Program-made: the position numbers and the translations under genes
The notes under the pieces: generated by a model
What the model saw: the letters and a program-made list of their open reading frames with translations, nothing else
What the model was told of the DNA's origin: nothing
Databases searched by the model: none
DNA from: Planctomycetota bacterium
GTDB lineage: Bacteria > Planctomycetota > PLA2 > JAEUHO01
DNA: 64,000 nt
Reading direction: 5' to 3'
Assembly (NCBI GenBank): GCA_965223505.1
Contig: CBDCWP010000024.1
Coordinates: 1 to 64,000 of the forward strand
In this document: positions 18,030 to 28,308 of the stretch, one piece after another
Layout of the letters: each line of letters starts with the position of its first letter
Numbering within the stretch: position 1 is the stretch's first letter

Positions 18030-18698
18030 ATGATCCGCGCAGTTTTGTTCGCCACGTTCGTCGTGGCAATTCTGATCGCGACCGCCGGGGGCGCGCAGGC
18101 CGAGTCCTTCGAAGTCGGCTTCGAGGTGCTCGAAAACAACTCGGGCGAGAACGCGCCCGGTGATTTCACCCTGAAGGTCAGCAACGACGCCGGCGACCTG
18201 ACCGGCAGCTACAGCGGCTCCGACCTCGTCTTCATCCTGACGAACAATCACGGCGGAGGCGAGATCTTCGAGTTGTACTGGGACACGAATGCCGGCGCCG
18301 CGGGCGACGACTTCATCACCACGATCGTCCACGAGAGCGACTGGGGCGAGCCGCCGAGCCCGCCGGGTCTGCCGGGAGGCGGCAACCTCACTCCCAAGTT
18401 CGCGGTGGACTTCGGCTCCGACGGTGACAAGGGCTTGGTTTCGGACGGACTCGACGACGGTGATACGGGGACCTGGGGCTTCGATCTGCAGGTAGGCCAC
18501 ACCTTCGCCGACATCAAGCAGGCCTTCATGGACGGCGATCTGCGCTTCGGATTCCACATCCGGTCTGTCGCCGCCGACGGCTCCAAGAGCGACACGTACA
18601 TCACCACGAACGTCACACCCGAGCCGGGAACGCTCGGCTTGCTCGGCCTGGCAATCGCGTCAGGTGTGGTCGTCAGGCGACGTCGGCGCAGCATCTGA
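18030..18698 (+). CDS. PEP-CTERM exosortase substrate
   Basis: Signal peptide, acidic Gly-rich body, and C-terminal TPEPGTLGLLGLAIASGVVVRRRRR. GGAGG RBS. Confidence 0.9.
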   Translation: MIRAVLFATFVVAILIATAGGAQAESFEVGFEVLENNSGENAPGDFTLKVSNDAGDLTGSYSGSDLVFILTNNHGGGEIFELYWDTNAGAAGDDFITTIVHESDWGEPPSPPGLPGGGNLTPKFAVDFGSDGDKGLVSDGLDDGDTGTWGFDLQVGHTFADIKQAFMDGDLRFGFHIRSVAADGSKSDTYITTNVTPEPGTLGLLGLAIASGVVVRRRRRSI

Positions 18699-18857
18699 TC
18701 GGGCCCCCCGGCGCTGGGTGAGCGGACTCTCCTCGAATTGTGAAGCGTCGAAAATTCGTCGTCGTTGCAACCATGACGCGTAGAGCCGCGTGCCAGTCTT
18801 CGACGGCCCCCGCCCTTCCGGGGTAAGCTCCGGCCGGTGTGGCGGCCGGAGTTCTTC

Positions 18858-20087
18858 ATGCGCTCTCTCGTTTTCGTGTTCGCCACGGCACTGATCTGGC
18901 TTCCCTCGGCTTCCGCGGACGACGGCCCGTTCGAGGCAGCCCCCGCCGTCAATGCCACCGACGTTCTGACCGCGGCCCAAAGAAAGGGTCCTGACCACGT
19001 CGTGTCCGACGAGGTGGGCACGCGCCGGTTCATGCACATGTTCCGGATCGACTCCACGTACGGTCGGTACGACGTCGTCTCCAAGCGCCTGCTCGAGATC
19101 CGGCTGCGCGAGATCCAGACCATGGCCCGGGTGGTCGGGATGGACGAGGTGCCCGAGTTCCTCCGGTCCCTGGGCGGACGGCTCGCCCAGATCCCCACCG
19201 CGGCCGTCGAGATCATCGTCGACCCCCGCGACTCCTTCCGCAAGATGGGCGACGAGATCGAGCGGTCGTTCCAGCGTCTGAAAGACCTGTTCGGCGACCG
19301 CAAGGGCAGTCAGTACGAGGACTCCAAGGTCCGGGGCGCGCTCATCGGCTCGGAGAAGCGCCGGCTCGCCGCGCAGCTGGGCCTGGACGTTTACTCCACC
19401 AACCCGAAGGTGCAGGAGTTCCTGAACGACATCGCCACTGCGCGAACGGCGGGGTCGGCGGGCATCGATCTCGCCAGCTACGCGTTGCCGGTCGTCGGCT
19501 ACCTCGCGGTCTCGACGGCGCGCCTGCGGGCCGACGTGACGCGGCTCCTGCGCGACAAGACGCCGACCGAGCTCGAGCGGCACAACGACAGCCGGCTAAC
19601 CGAGCTGGGCATCGCCGCCGACGTTCGCGCGCAGTTCCTGCGGCATGCCTGGCTCTCGCCCCGCCATCAAACCGTGATTACCGCAGCGACGCGTGAGCTC
19701 GGCGGCCTCGAGGGTCTCGACGCCGTCGTGCGCGCGGCCGGGATGGCGCGTGACGAAGTCGGTGCGCTCTACCACGAGCAGCAAGCGGTCATGCTTGCGC
19801 ACTTCCATACGGAGATGCAGCCGCTGAAGAAGCTCGAAGCAGTCGAGCACGTCGTCCTGGCGCGCACCGACACGGACGCCGTCATGGTGATCCTGCCCGC
19901 CGACCAGGTCTACGCACTCGAGTCGTTCCTGGTCTTCGCGAAGAGCTGGCGCGAACGGCCGATCGCGAAGGACGCGACCGCGTTTCGCATCCTCGTCACG
20001 GGACGCGTCACCGAGAAGGCGAAGGCCGCGTTCGCCGAGCTCGGCATGGAAGTGGGTTCCGGCTACACCCCGCAGGCGAAGCGCTAG
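18858..20087 (+). CDS. Secreted hypothetical protein
   Basis: Signal peptide MRSLVFVFATALIWLPSASA and a long ORF with typical codon bias. No motif recognised. Confidence 0.65.
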   Translation: MRSLVFVFATALIWLPSASADDGPFEAAPAVNATDVLTAAQRKGPDHVVSDEVGTRRFMHMFRIDSTYGRYDVVSKRLLEIRLREIQTMARVVGMDEVPEFLRSLGGRLAQIPTAAVEIIVDPRDSFRKMGDEIERSFQRLKDLFGDRKGSQYEDSKVRGALIGSEKRRLAAQLGLDVYSTNPKVQEFLNDIATARTAGSAGIDLASYALPVVGYLAVSTARLRADVTRLLRDKTPTELERHNDSRLTELGIAADVRAQFLRHAWLSPRHQTVITAATRELGGLEGLDAVVRAAGMARDEVGALYHEQQAVMLAHFHTEMQPLKKLEAVEHVVLARTDTDAVMVILPADQVYALESFLVFAKSWRERPIAKDATAFRILVTGRVTEKAKAAFAELGMEVGSGYTPQAKR

Positions 20088-21013
20088 CACCTGCTTGCCG
20101 CACGCGGCAAGAACACCTCGGCGAGCATGCAGCGCGCACTTCCGCCGCCGTGGGCCTCGATGGTACGCAGGTCGCACGTGACGAACGTCGCGTGTTGCTC
20201 GATTCGACGACGCTGGTCATCGCGCAGGGCGTCGTGGGCGCGCGTGGACGCGACGACCAGCGCGCGTCCGTCGCGGCTGCGGACCTCCAGCATGTTGCCG
20301 GCGAAGTTCCCCATCTGGCCGGTGTCGATCTCGACGACGTCGCGGCCCGAGTGCGCCAGACGCGCCAGCACGGCTCTGCGCGCGACCTCGTCGATGACGT
20401 CCGCGCAGACCACGGCGAACGAGGTCCCGATGCACATGACGACGTTGGTGTGGTAGACGGCGCCCGCGGTGCCGAAGCACAGCGGCTCGTATCCGGTCTC
20501 ATCGCAGAAACGGTCGACCGCCGCGGCGTCGGTGCGAGGCGAGAGCGCCGCGTACGCGACTCGGTGAAGATGATCGAGCACCAGGCTTCCCGTGCCCTCC
20601 AGGTACACGCCGTCTTCGGTCAATCCGGAGAGATCGACGACCCGCTCCACACGAAAGCCGTAGTCGTCGACGAGCCGATCGACGACGTCTCGTCGCACCT
20701 CGGCACGACGACTCTTCGGCTGCATGGGATAGAGGAACACGTCGCCGTTCTGGTGGAGCGAAATCCAGTTGTTCGGGAAGACCGCATCCGGCGTAACGGG
20801 ATCGGGCTCGTCGTCGATGACGACGACGTCGACGCCGACGTCGCGCAGGACCGAAACAAGCGCGTCGAACTCGGCGAGCGCGCGCTCGTGCACGTGGTCC
20901 GGGGGATCCGACGCCGGCGTCTGAAACGCGTTGGTCTCAGCCGTTTCGGGATTCGATCCGAACGCGGAAGGTCGAATCATCAGAAGTGTCTTGCCGGTCT
21001 GCAGGACGTCCAT
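20084..21013 (-). CDS. Amidinotransferase / arginine-deiminase-superfamily hydrolase (CtlX-like)
   Basis: Motifs MIRP..F..N.ET..N.FQ, TPDAVFPNNW, LEGTGS, YHTNV and GGGSARCMLAE (catalytic Cys). Confidence 0.88.
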   Translation of the reverse strand: MDVLQTGKTLLMIRPSAFGSNPETAETNAFQTPASDPPDHVHERALAEFDALVSVLRDVGVDVVVIDDEPDPVTPDAVFPNNWISLHQNGDVFLYPMQPKSRRAEVRRDVVDRLVDDYGFRVERVVDLSGLTEDGVYLEGTGSLVLDHLHRVAYAALSPRTDAAAVDRFCDETGYEPLCFGTAGAVYHTNVVMCIGTSFAVVCADVIDEVARRAVLARLAHSGRDVVEIDTGQMGNFAGNMLEVRSRDGRALVVASTRAHDALRDDQRRRIEQHATFVTCDLRTIEAHGGGSARCMLAEVFLPRAASRC

Positions 21014-21072
21014 GAGCGAGAGAATAGCCGACGGCCGTTGCTCGAGCGGAACGGTATCACTACGCTTCGACG

Positions 21073-21819
21073 ATGAACGAGCACCCGGATCCCGCGGCCT
21101 CCCCGCCGCCGTACGCTCTCCACTCCGCGGGAAACGTGTACTTCGGAAGCCTCGGCACTGCCGTCGCAGGTTGCGTGCTGCTCGCCATCAACTTCAGTCG
21201 TCTCGGCCGCAAAGGCGCCGCATGGCTCAGCGTGTTGACGGGTGCGGCTGTCACAGCCGCCGTCGTCATCTGGGTCATCGAGCACGGATGGCAGACCGGG
21301 ATCCTCCTGGCGCAGGGCGTGGCGATGTGGCTCATCGCCAAGCAGACGCAGGGAACCGCCATCGCATTCCACGCGGCCTCGGGTGGACGGCTCGTTTCCT
21401 GGGTGTGGGCCGTGGCGTTGGGCGTCGGCACCCTCGCATGCGTCCTCGCAACGATGTACTTCGTCGGCGTTGAACGCCTGATGTCCCAGTACGTCGAGTT
21501 CGGACCGAACCAACGCGTCGCATACCTGGATGACGCGACCGAAGCGGACGCGCGCCGACTAGGCGAGCACCTGCGGGGAATGGGCTACTTCGTCCCGGGG
21601 CGCGACACACACGTGCTCGTGAGAAAGACGGCGGATGATGTGGAGGTCACGTTCGTCGTCGTTGAAGACGCCTGGACCAAGCCGGAGGCGCTGACGTTCT
21701 ACCGGCTGATCGGCGAGAGCGTGGGATCGATGCTGGGCAAGGCGATCGTGGTGCACCTCGCCGACGCTCGGCTCGAAACGCGCCATACCATCGACCTCAG
21801 AGGACGGGCCCCGCCCTAG
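21073..21819 (+). CDS. Hypothetical membrane protein
   Basis: About 4 hydrophobic segments followed by a small soluble C-terminal domain. Confidence 0.65.
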   Translation: MNEHPDPAASPPPYALHSAGNVYFGSLGTAVAGCVLLAINFSRLGRKGAAWLSVLTGAAVTAAVVIWVIEHGWQTGILLAQGVAMWLIAKQTQGTAIAFHAASGGRLVSWVWAVALGVGTLACVLATMYFVGVERLMSQYVEFGPNQRVAYLDDATEADARRLGEHLRGMGYFVPGRDTHVLVRKTADDVEVTFVVVEDAWTKPEALTFYRLIGESVGSMLGKAIVVHLADARLETRHTIDLRGRAPP

Positions 21820-21935
21820 CTGCCGCGTCCGCCGGCACGCCGAGGCCCTTTCGATCACCCAAACATCGGGCAGCGAATCGAATAGAATTGGCATTCGGCC
21901 GAAAGGCCCTACGAAAGTACGTCGATAGGTTTCAC

Positions 21936-22676
21936 GTGGCCGCATTCCTCTCCGACATCCTCGACCGGAACCTCCCGGAGGAGACCGAGGCCTATCTGCG
22001 CAAGCTGCTCGGCGGCACCGTCCCTCTCGTCGGTGACGGCAACCGCTACCAGATCGCCGCTTGCGGCCGGTTCCGTGGAGCGATCACCGCCGACCTGCTG
22101 ACGTTCGCCAAGAACAACACGCTCGACGCGGCCTTGGTCATCGTCGAGCACGAGACGGAGCGCGTCCTGTACTTCGAGGGTGGCCTGATCGTCGGCGCCG
22201 CTTCGAACGTCTTGTTCGAGCGTCTTGGACGTGTGCTCTACACCGCGGAGGTCGTCAGCCACGAGGACTCGGGCACCCTGATCGACCTCGAAGAGCGAAA
22301 GGGCGAGACGGCACTACTCAGCCTCCTCCCGGAGGAAGCGATCTCGTGGGCCGCCGAGAAACGGATCTGGGACGTGGGCGCGGCGCTCTACTTCGTCACC
22401 AAGGGACACTTCATGTTCATCGAGGGGCCCCCGGAGCTGTCGATCACAGCGGCGACACTCGACCCGATGGCGGTCGCCCTCGAAGGCATGCGGCTGCACG
22501 ACCAGTGGCGCAACAAGTCGTCGAAGGACGCAGGGCCCCGGAAGAAGCCGGTAGGCGGCATGCAACGCAAGCCACCGGCGCCCATCGAGGGTCCACTGCA
22601 GTCGACCGAGATGAAGCAGGAACAAGTGGAAGCACTGTTCAAGAAGATCCGCGAAGCGGACATCGGCTACCGCTAG
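21936..22676 (+). CDS. DUF4388 (PatA-N-like) domain protein
   Basis: Motifs DLLTF, VLYFEGGLIVGAASN, ERLGRVL, GHFMFIEG and LEGMRLHD. GTG start assumed. Confidence 0.7.
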   Translation: MAAFLSDILDRNLPEETEAYLRKLLGGTVPLVGDGNRYQIAACGRFRGAITADLLTFAKNNTLDAALVIVEHETERVLYFEGGLIVGAASNVLFERLGRVLYTAEVVSHEDSGTLIDLEERKGETALLSLLPEEAISWAAEKRIWDVGAALYFVTKGHFMFIEGPPELSITAATLDPMAVALEGMRLHDQWRNKSSKDAGPRKKPVGGMQRKPPAPIEGPLQSTEMKQEQVEALFKKIREADIGYR

Positions 22677-22770
22677 ACCCGCTCGACCCGCCGTCGATCT
22701 GCTCACGACCTTCGGCTTGCACTTGGGCAGCACGCCCTCACCATGCCCGGCTCCGAGGAGCCTTCCGAGC

Positions 22771-25050
22771 ATGGTCATCGCGGTTCTGGCAGTACTGGCC
22801 GCAGGCGGCGCGTTCGCGGCCGGTCTGTACCGGCACACGCCGATGTTGCGCATCCGGAGGGCGCTTCGCCGCGTCATGGGCGACATCGATCGCGAGCTCG
22901 ACGCGTCGGATGAGGTTCTGCGGGCGCCCATGACGGCACTGCGCACGTCCGCGTCCGCGTTTGCCGACGAACAGGTCCGGCGGCGCCGTCGCGACGTCGA
23001 CCTCGAAGGACTGAAGGAGGCCGGCGCGAAGAACGTGCAGTGGAGCGCTCTGCGCGACGCCGGCCTGGCGACGCTTCAGGACGTCTACGAGAAGTCGGAA
23101 GCGGCACTCATCGACTTGCCTGGGGTCGGCCCGACTTCAGCGAAGCGCGTCGTCGACGCGGCGGCGATCCTGAACCGCAAGATCACATCCGAGCCGACGG
23201 AGCTGCCGAAGCCCGATCTCCCGGATCGTTCGGCGGAGCACGTGGCGGCGCGCGCCCTCGACGCGCTCTTCGCGCGCGACGCGCTCGGCGGCATTCCGCG
23301 CGAGCTCGTCAGGCTCCGAAAGAGGTTGCAGGGCGAGGTGGGGCAGATCGACGCGCACCGCAGCTTCTGGCGTTGGCTCTTCGGACGGCGTTCGATGGGA
23401 CATCTGGTCCCCGCCTATCAGGAAGCGTTCGCCGCCCGGCGCAGGGTCGTCGCCGAGCTCGAGGGCGGCCTGGTCGAGGACTTGCGCGCTCGTCGGGAGC
23501 AGATCCCGGGTCTGCCGGCGATCGACATCGATCGCGTCGACATTCGATCGCGCTTTCGGTCACGCTACGCCGACGCGTGTGCGCTGATCGACTCGGTTCT
23601 GCCGGGCCGTTCGACCGGCGCCGACGCAACGAGCCACGCGGAGGTGCACCCGCTTGCGAGCCGGCTGCCGCTCGAGATTGCGCAGGCCGTGGCGGCGTTT
23701 CCGCTCTCGGTCGACGGGCTCGACGTCACGCTTCGCCGCTATCAGGCGTTCGGCGCCAAGTACCTGCTGCACCAACGACGCACGATCCTCGGCGACGAGA
23801 TGGGCCTGGGCAAGACGATCGAAGCGTTGGCGGCGATCGTCCACCGGAACGAGGTCGACGGGTCCAAGCACTTCCTGGTCGTCGCCCCGGCGAGCGTGGT
23901 GCGCAATTGGATGCGCGAGATCGAGACACGCACGGATCTGTCGGGGCACCTGCTTGCAGGGAGCGGACGCGCGGAGGCGACCGAGGCGTGGATTCGCGAC
24001 GGCGGCATCGCGGTCGTGTCGTACGCGACGCTACGCGCCGCCGAGCTCGATCGGCACATCCGGGGCGCCGGCATGCGCGTCGGTTTCCTGATCGCGGACG
24101 AGGCGCACTATGCCAAGAACCCGGCTGCGGGACGAAGCCGCGCGCTTCAAGGCGTCATCGAACACGCGGAGCACGTGTGCTTGATGAGCGGCACGCCCCT
24201 CGAGAACCACCCGGACGAATTCTGCAATCTCGTGTCGCTGGTGGCCCCGGCGGTTTCCGCCAACCTGCGCCAAGGCGGCGCGATCATCGAGCAGGTCGTG
24301 GTCGAACCGGCGCGCTTCCACGCGACCGTGGCCCCGGTCTACTTGCGGCGCAACCAGGAGGACGTGCTGCGCGAACTACCGCCCAAGGTCGAGTTCGAGG
24401 ACTGGGTCGAGATGAAGCGCGACGAGCGGGCGGACTACCGCGCGGCGGTGACGAGCCGCAACATGATGGCCATGCGCCGCAGCGTGACCGTGTCGACGCG
24501 AGGCGGGACGTCGGCGAAGATGGCGCGGCTCTCGGAGATTCTGGAGGAACACCGTGAATCGGGCCGCAAGGTGCTCGTGTTCTCGTTCTTCCTCGACGTC
24601 ATCGACGAGGTCGCCGCACGCTTCGAGACGCTCGGCACGATCACGGGCGACGCGCCCAGCGATCGTCGCATGGACCTCGTCGATCGATTCCAGCAGGCCG
24701 ACGGCCACGCGCTGCTGGTGTGTCAGATCCAGGCGGGCGGCATCGGCATCAACCTGCACGCGGCGTCGGTGGTGGTGCTGATGGAGCCGCAGTGGAAGCC
24801 CTCGACGGAAGAGCAGGCGATCGCGCGGGCGCACCGGATGGGCCAGACGGAGACGGTGCTGGTGCACCGGCTGTTGACCCGCGACAGCGTGGACGAGCGG
24901 CTGGTGGAGATCCTGGACGGCAAGCTGCAGCTCTTCCAGGCGTACGCCAAGGAGAGCCTGATCAAGAAGGTCAGCAGGGAAGCGACCGAGGCGGCGATGT
25001 CGGATCTGGTGCTGGCGTACGAGCTCGAGCGCCTGCGCGACGCGGGCTAG
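22771..25050 (+). CDS. SNF2-family helicase with N-terminal hydrophobic anchor and HhH motif
   Basis: Motifs LRRYQ, GDEMGLGKT, DEAH, SGTPLEN, GIGINL and QAIARAHRMGQ. HhH motif LPGVGPTSA. Confidence 0.9.
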   Translation: MVIAVLAVLAAGGAFAAGLYRHTPMLRIRRALRRVMGDIDRELDASDEVLRAPMTALRTSASAFADEQVRRRRRDVDLEGLKEAGAKNVQWSALRDAGLATLQDVYEKSEAALIDLPGVGPTSAKRVVDAAAILNRKITSEPTELPKPDLPDRSAEHVAARALDALFARDALGGIPRELVRLRKRLQGEVGQIDAHRSFWRWLFGRRSMGHLVPAYQEAFAARRRVVAELEGGLVEDLRARREQIPGLPAIDIDRVDIRSRFRSRYADACALIDSVLPGRSTGADATSHAEVHPLASRLPLEIAQAVAAFPLSVDGLDVTLRRYQAFGAKYLLHQRRTILGDEMGLGKTIEALAAIVHRNEVDGSKHFLVVAPASVVRNWMREIETRTDLSGHLLAGSGRAEATEAWIRDGGIAVVSYATLRAAELDRHIRGAGMRVGFLIADEAHYAKNPAAGRSRALQGVIEHAEHVCLMSGTPLENHPDEFCNLVSLVAPAVSANLRQGGAIIEQVVVEPARFHATVAPVYLRRNQEDVLRELPPKVEFEDWVEMKRDERADYRAAVTSRNMMAMRRSVTVSTRGGTSAKMARLSEILEEHRESGRKVLVFSFFLDVIDEVAARFETLGTITGDAPSDRRMDLVDRFQQADGHALLVCQIQAGGIGINLHAASVVVLMEPQWKPSTEEQAIARAHRMGQTETVLVHRLLTRDSVDERLVEILDGKLQLFQAYAKESLIKKVSREATEAAMSDLVLAYELERLRDAG

Positions 25051-25096
25051 GTACTCCGCCTTGCTTCCTCGGGCAGTTGACGTAGCGTTTGCCGCC

Positions 25097-26671
25097 ATGC
25101 GCGTCCTCGGCAAAGCCCTCTGCATCCTGGCGCTCCTCACCGCGCCTGCGAACGCGAGCGAGGTCGCCGAAGGCGTGCACGCCGCGCGCGTCCAGCTGGT
25201 CGAGGATCTCGAAGCCGTGGCCCGGTGGTGCGCCGGCAAGAAGCTGTTCGGCAAGCGGGACGAGGTGTTCGAGCGGTTGATCGAGTTCGCGCCCGAACAC
25301 GCCGAAGCCCGCAAGCGACTCGGGTACGAGATCGTCAACGGCGAGTGGAAGCGGTCGAAGAAGTACAAGCGCCCGTCCAACTGGAGCAAGGACGCGATTC
25401 CCGAGGCGGATCAGCGACTCGCCGATGCGTTCGAGGCGTACCAGGCGGCGTTGATTCGCATCGCCGACGCCGCGAAGGAACGCAGCGAGCTCGAACAGGC
25501 GTTGAAGATCCTCGAGGGCGTCGAGGCCGACCGGCCCGACGACGACAAGCTCGTGCAGGCGATCCGGCGCGCGCTCATCGCTCACGTGCGCGCCGCCGAG
25601 AAGGAAGACCGCTTCGACCTCGCCGCCAAGTCCAAGGACGAGCTCGCAAGGCGGTTCCCCGACGACCCGGTCGTGCGCGAGCTGGCCGGCGACGTGAAGA
25701 TGGGCGATCGCTGGGTGCTGCCCGAGACGGCGCGCGCCATGAAGCAACGGCAGGTGATCGCCGCCGCGGCCAAGCTGTGCCTGGCGGCCGCCGAGCAGCC
25801 GAAGGAAAGTGAGCTCACCAAGGAGGAAAAGGCCGTCGACATCCCGTGGACCGGCGCGTTCGTCTCACGGCGGATGCGCGTGCTCGGAACGTCCAGCGCC
25901 GAAAGCTCCAAGGCCATCGCCCACGCGTGCGAGGCCGCGGCGCCCTTCTTCCACAAGGTCATCGGGCGCATGGCCGGACGCAATCCCAAGTTCACGTTCG
26001 TCGTGTTCGAGACGCAGGAGCACTGGGACAAGTACATCGAGACGTACGCGAAGCTCAGCGACGCGGAACGCGAGGCCGCCAAGGCCTCGAGGCTCTCCGG
26101 CTTCAGCTTTGCGGACGGTCGCTACGCGATCCGGCACGTCGGCGGGCCCGCCTTCGAGCTCGATATGGCGGTCGACGTCTACTTCCAGCACTTCCTCTAC
26201 AACACGTACTGCAAGTGGGATGCGACCGCCGGTGGCTGGACGCCCCTGCGCGCCTGGGTCAACGTGGGACTGAGCGACTACCTCACGTTCCGGCTCATCG
26301 GAACGCGCCTGCTCACGACCGTCGGCGGCGACTACAACGCGTCGAGCGACAACTACGCCGAGCGCGTCCCCGACCTGCAGCGCAAGTGGCTCCAGAGCGC
26401 GCACGACGTGCTCGAACGCGAGAAGGTGCCGTTCACGACGATGATGCTCGGCCACTACCTCGGGTCCTTCACCAAGAACGACGCACTCGCCGCATACGGC
26501 CTCGCGGGCTACGTCGTCGAGGCGCACCCCGGTCGGATCGACATGCTTCTGCAGTCGGTCGGCCAGAACCGCCCCCCGGAGGAGTCGTTCAGCAAGGCGT
26601 TGCATCTGAGCGTGTCGGAACTCCACGCCCGCCTGGTTCGCTGGCTCGCGGAGGTCGGAGAGGCGAAGTAG
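25097..26671 (+). CDS. Secreted hypothetical protein (planctomycete-type)
   Basis: Signal peptide MRVLGKALCILALLTAPANA. Contains P.H.EARKRLGY...GEW, a motif common in planctomycete proteins. Confidence 0.65.
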   Translation: MRVLGKALCILALLTAPANASEVAEGVHAARVQLVEDLEAVARWCAGKKLFGKRDEVFERLIEFAPEHAEARKRLGYEIVNGEWKRSKKYKRPSNWSKDAIPEADQRLADAFEAYQAALIRIADAAKERSELEQALKILEGVEADRPDDDKLVQAIRRALIAHVRAAEKEDRFDLAAKSKDELARRFPDDPVVRELAGDVKMGDRWVLPETARAMKQRQVIAAAAKLCLAAAEQPKESELTKEEKAVDIPWTGAFVSRRMRVLGTSSAESSKAIAHACEAAAPFFHKVIGRMAGRNPKFTFVVFETQEHWDKYIETYAKLSDAEREAAKASRLSGFSFADGRYAIRHVGGPAFELDMAVDVYFQHFLYNTYCKWDATAGGWTPLRAWVNVGLSDYLTFRLIGTRLLTTVGGDYNASSDNYAERVPDLQRKWLQSAHDVLEREKVPFTTMMLGHYLGSFTKNDALAAYGLAGYVVEAHPGRIDMLLQSVGQNRPPEESFSKALHLSVSELHARLVRWLAEVGEAK

Positions 26672-26697
26672 TCGCGTGTTCACGGAAATCGACACGT

Positions 26698-26713
26698 CGG
26701 AACAGGGGTTGCA
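26698..26713 (+). promoter_or_regulatory. Putative sigma54 -24/-12 promoter
   Basis: CGGAACAGGGGTTGCA has GG-N10-GC spacing with TTGCA, in the intergenic region about 85 bp upstream of the DUF4382 gene. Confidence 0.4.
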
Positions 26714-26796
26714 AAGGGGCAAGTTCGCCGACGGCAACTAGGGTTTCGGCCTGGACCGGCGGCGCCCGACGACTGCCGGCCTGGAGGAGATTCACC

Positions 26797-28236
26797 GTGA
26801 CCCCCCTACGCTTCAGCTTCGCCATATTTGCACTCGCTCTGTTCATCGTACTTCCCGCCTGCGGCGGATCCGGCGGCACGGGAAGCGCCCAGACCGGCGG
26901 CACGCTGCGCGTCTCCATCACCGACGCACCGTTCCCTTCGAGCTTCGTCGAGTCGGCTTCGGTCGTGATTCGTGAAGTCCGCGTACGCGACAAGGACGGC
27001 GGCGGCTGGCAGGTCGTCTTCGACGGATCGGCCACCATCGACCTGGTCCCGCTGACCGGCGGCGTCGAAGCGTTGCTTGTCGAGGCCGACATCGGCCCCG
27101 GCACGTATGACGAGGTGCGATTGATCGTAGACGCCGGCGAGGTGGTGCTCAACGAGGACGCCGTCGTCGACGGACCCGACCACATCTTCAACACGGCGAA
27201 CGGGAACCTCCAGTTCCCGAGCGGCTCGCAGACCGGGATCAAGGTCAAGATCGACAACGACATCGTGGTGACGAGTGAGCTCTCGGGCGATCTCATCCTC
27301 GACTTCGACCTCTCCCGCAGCTTCGTGTTCAACGGCCCCATGACCCACGCCCCGGGCGTGAAGCGGGTCCTGTTCACGCCGGTCGTGCGCGCGAGCAATG
27401 CCTCGACGACGGGCACGCTCGCCCTCGACGTCGCCTCCGACAACGCCACCCCCGGTGACGCAGCGGACGACTTCGCTCTCGAGGGCGCCACGGTGCGCGT
27501 GTTCGACGACACCGACGTCGAGATCGCGATGGGCCTCACGGACGCCGCCGGCCACTTCGAGACCTCGGTGCCGCCCGGCACCTACCGCGTGACCGCGGAA
27601 GCCGCCGCCCACGACACGGGCGAGGTCACCGGCGTGGAGGTCTTCCTGGCGAATCTCACCGACGCGGGACTCGTGACACTCGCAGCAAGCGAGACGGAGA
27701 TCACCGGCGTCGTGCTCAGCGACGGCGCGACGCCGGCGGACACCTCCGACGACACCAATATCGAGAACGCGCTCGTCGAAGCGCGCGCCGCAGGTGACGC
27801 GGTCGTCGTGGCCTCGGCCATGACGGACGCGAGCGGCGCCTTCGCGCTCGCGATGCTGCCGGCCGGCGACTACGACCTCACGATCACGAAGACGGGCTGG
27901 AAGGACGGCGCCGTGACGAACGTGGCGTCGGTACTGGCCGGCGGACCGGGTCAGACCGTGCGGCTTGAGGCGCTGCTGAGCAACATCACCGGAGAGGTGA
28001 CGGACAACGTCGCCGCCGTCGTTCCGAACGCGACGGTCACGGTCGAGAACGCGAACGTGCAGATGATCGCGGGTCCCGCCACGACGGACAGCAACGGCAT
28101 CTACAACATCAACGCGGTGCCGAGCGGCGCGCACATGCTCGTGGTCGACAACGGCGGCGTCGTCACCAAGTTCCCCATCGTCGTGGTCGGTACCGAGCCC
28201 GCCGGCTCACAGACGTTCGACGTCTCGCTTCCGTAG
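26797..28236 (+). CDS. DUF4382 lipoprotein with carboxypeptidase-regulatory-like (beta-sandwich) repeats
   Basis: GGAGGAG RBS, GTG start and lipobox LPAC. Motifs LRVSITDAP, GTYDEVRL and LILDFDLSRSF. Three T(D).A.G.F…PAG.Y repeats. Confidence 0.82.
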   Translation: MTPLRFSFAIFALALFIVLPACGGSGGTGSAQTGGTLRVSITDAPFPSSFVESASVVIREVRVRDKDGGGWQVVFDGSATIDLVPLTGGVEALLVEADIGPGTYDEVRLIVDAGEVVLNEDAVVDGPDHIFNTANGNLQFPSGSQTGIKVKIDNDIVVTSELSGDLILDFDLSRSFVFNGPMTHAPGVKRVLFTPVVRASNASTTGTLALDVASDNATPGDAADDFALEGATVRVFDDTDVEIAMGLTDAAGHFETSVPPGTYRVTAEAAAHDTGEVTGVEVFLANLTDAGLVTLAASETEITGVVLSDGATPADTSDDTNIENALVEARAAGDAVVVASAMTDASGAFALAMLPAGDYDLTITKTGWKDGAVTNVASVLAGGPGQTVRLEALLSNITGEVTDNVAAVVPNATVTVENANVQMIAGPATTDSNGIYNINAVPSGAHMLVVDNGGVVTKFPIVVVGTEPAGSQTFDVSLP

Positions 28237-28250
28237 CACGGAACGAAGAA

Positions 28251-28274
28251 GCGGGCGGCGTTTCCGCCGCCCGC
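28251..28274. terminator. GC hairpin between convergent genes (putative intrinsic terminator)
   Basis: GCGGGCGGCG-TTTC-CGCCGCCCGC is a perfect 10-bp stem, followed by TTCTTC on the minus strand. Confidence 0.55.
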
Positions 28275-28308
28275 TCAGGAGACCCCACGGAACGTCCGCG
28301 GAGCGTAC

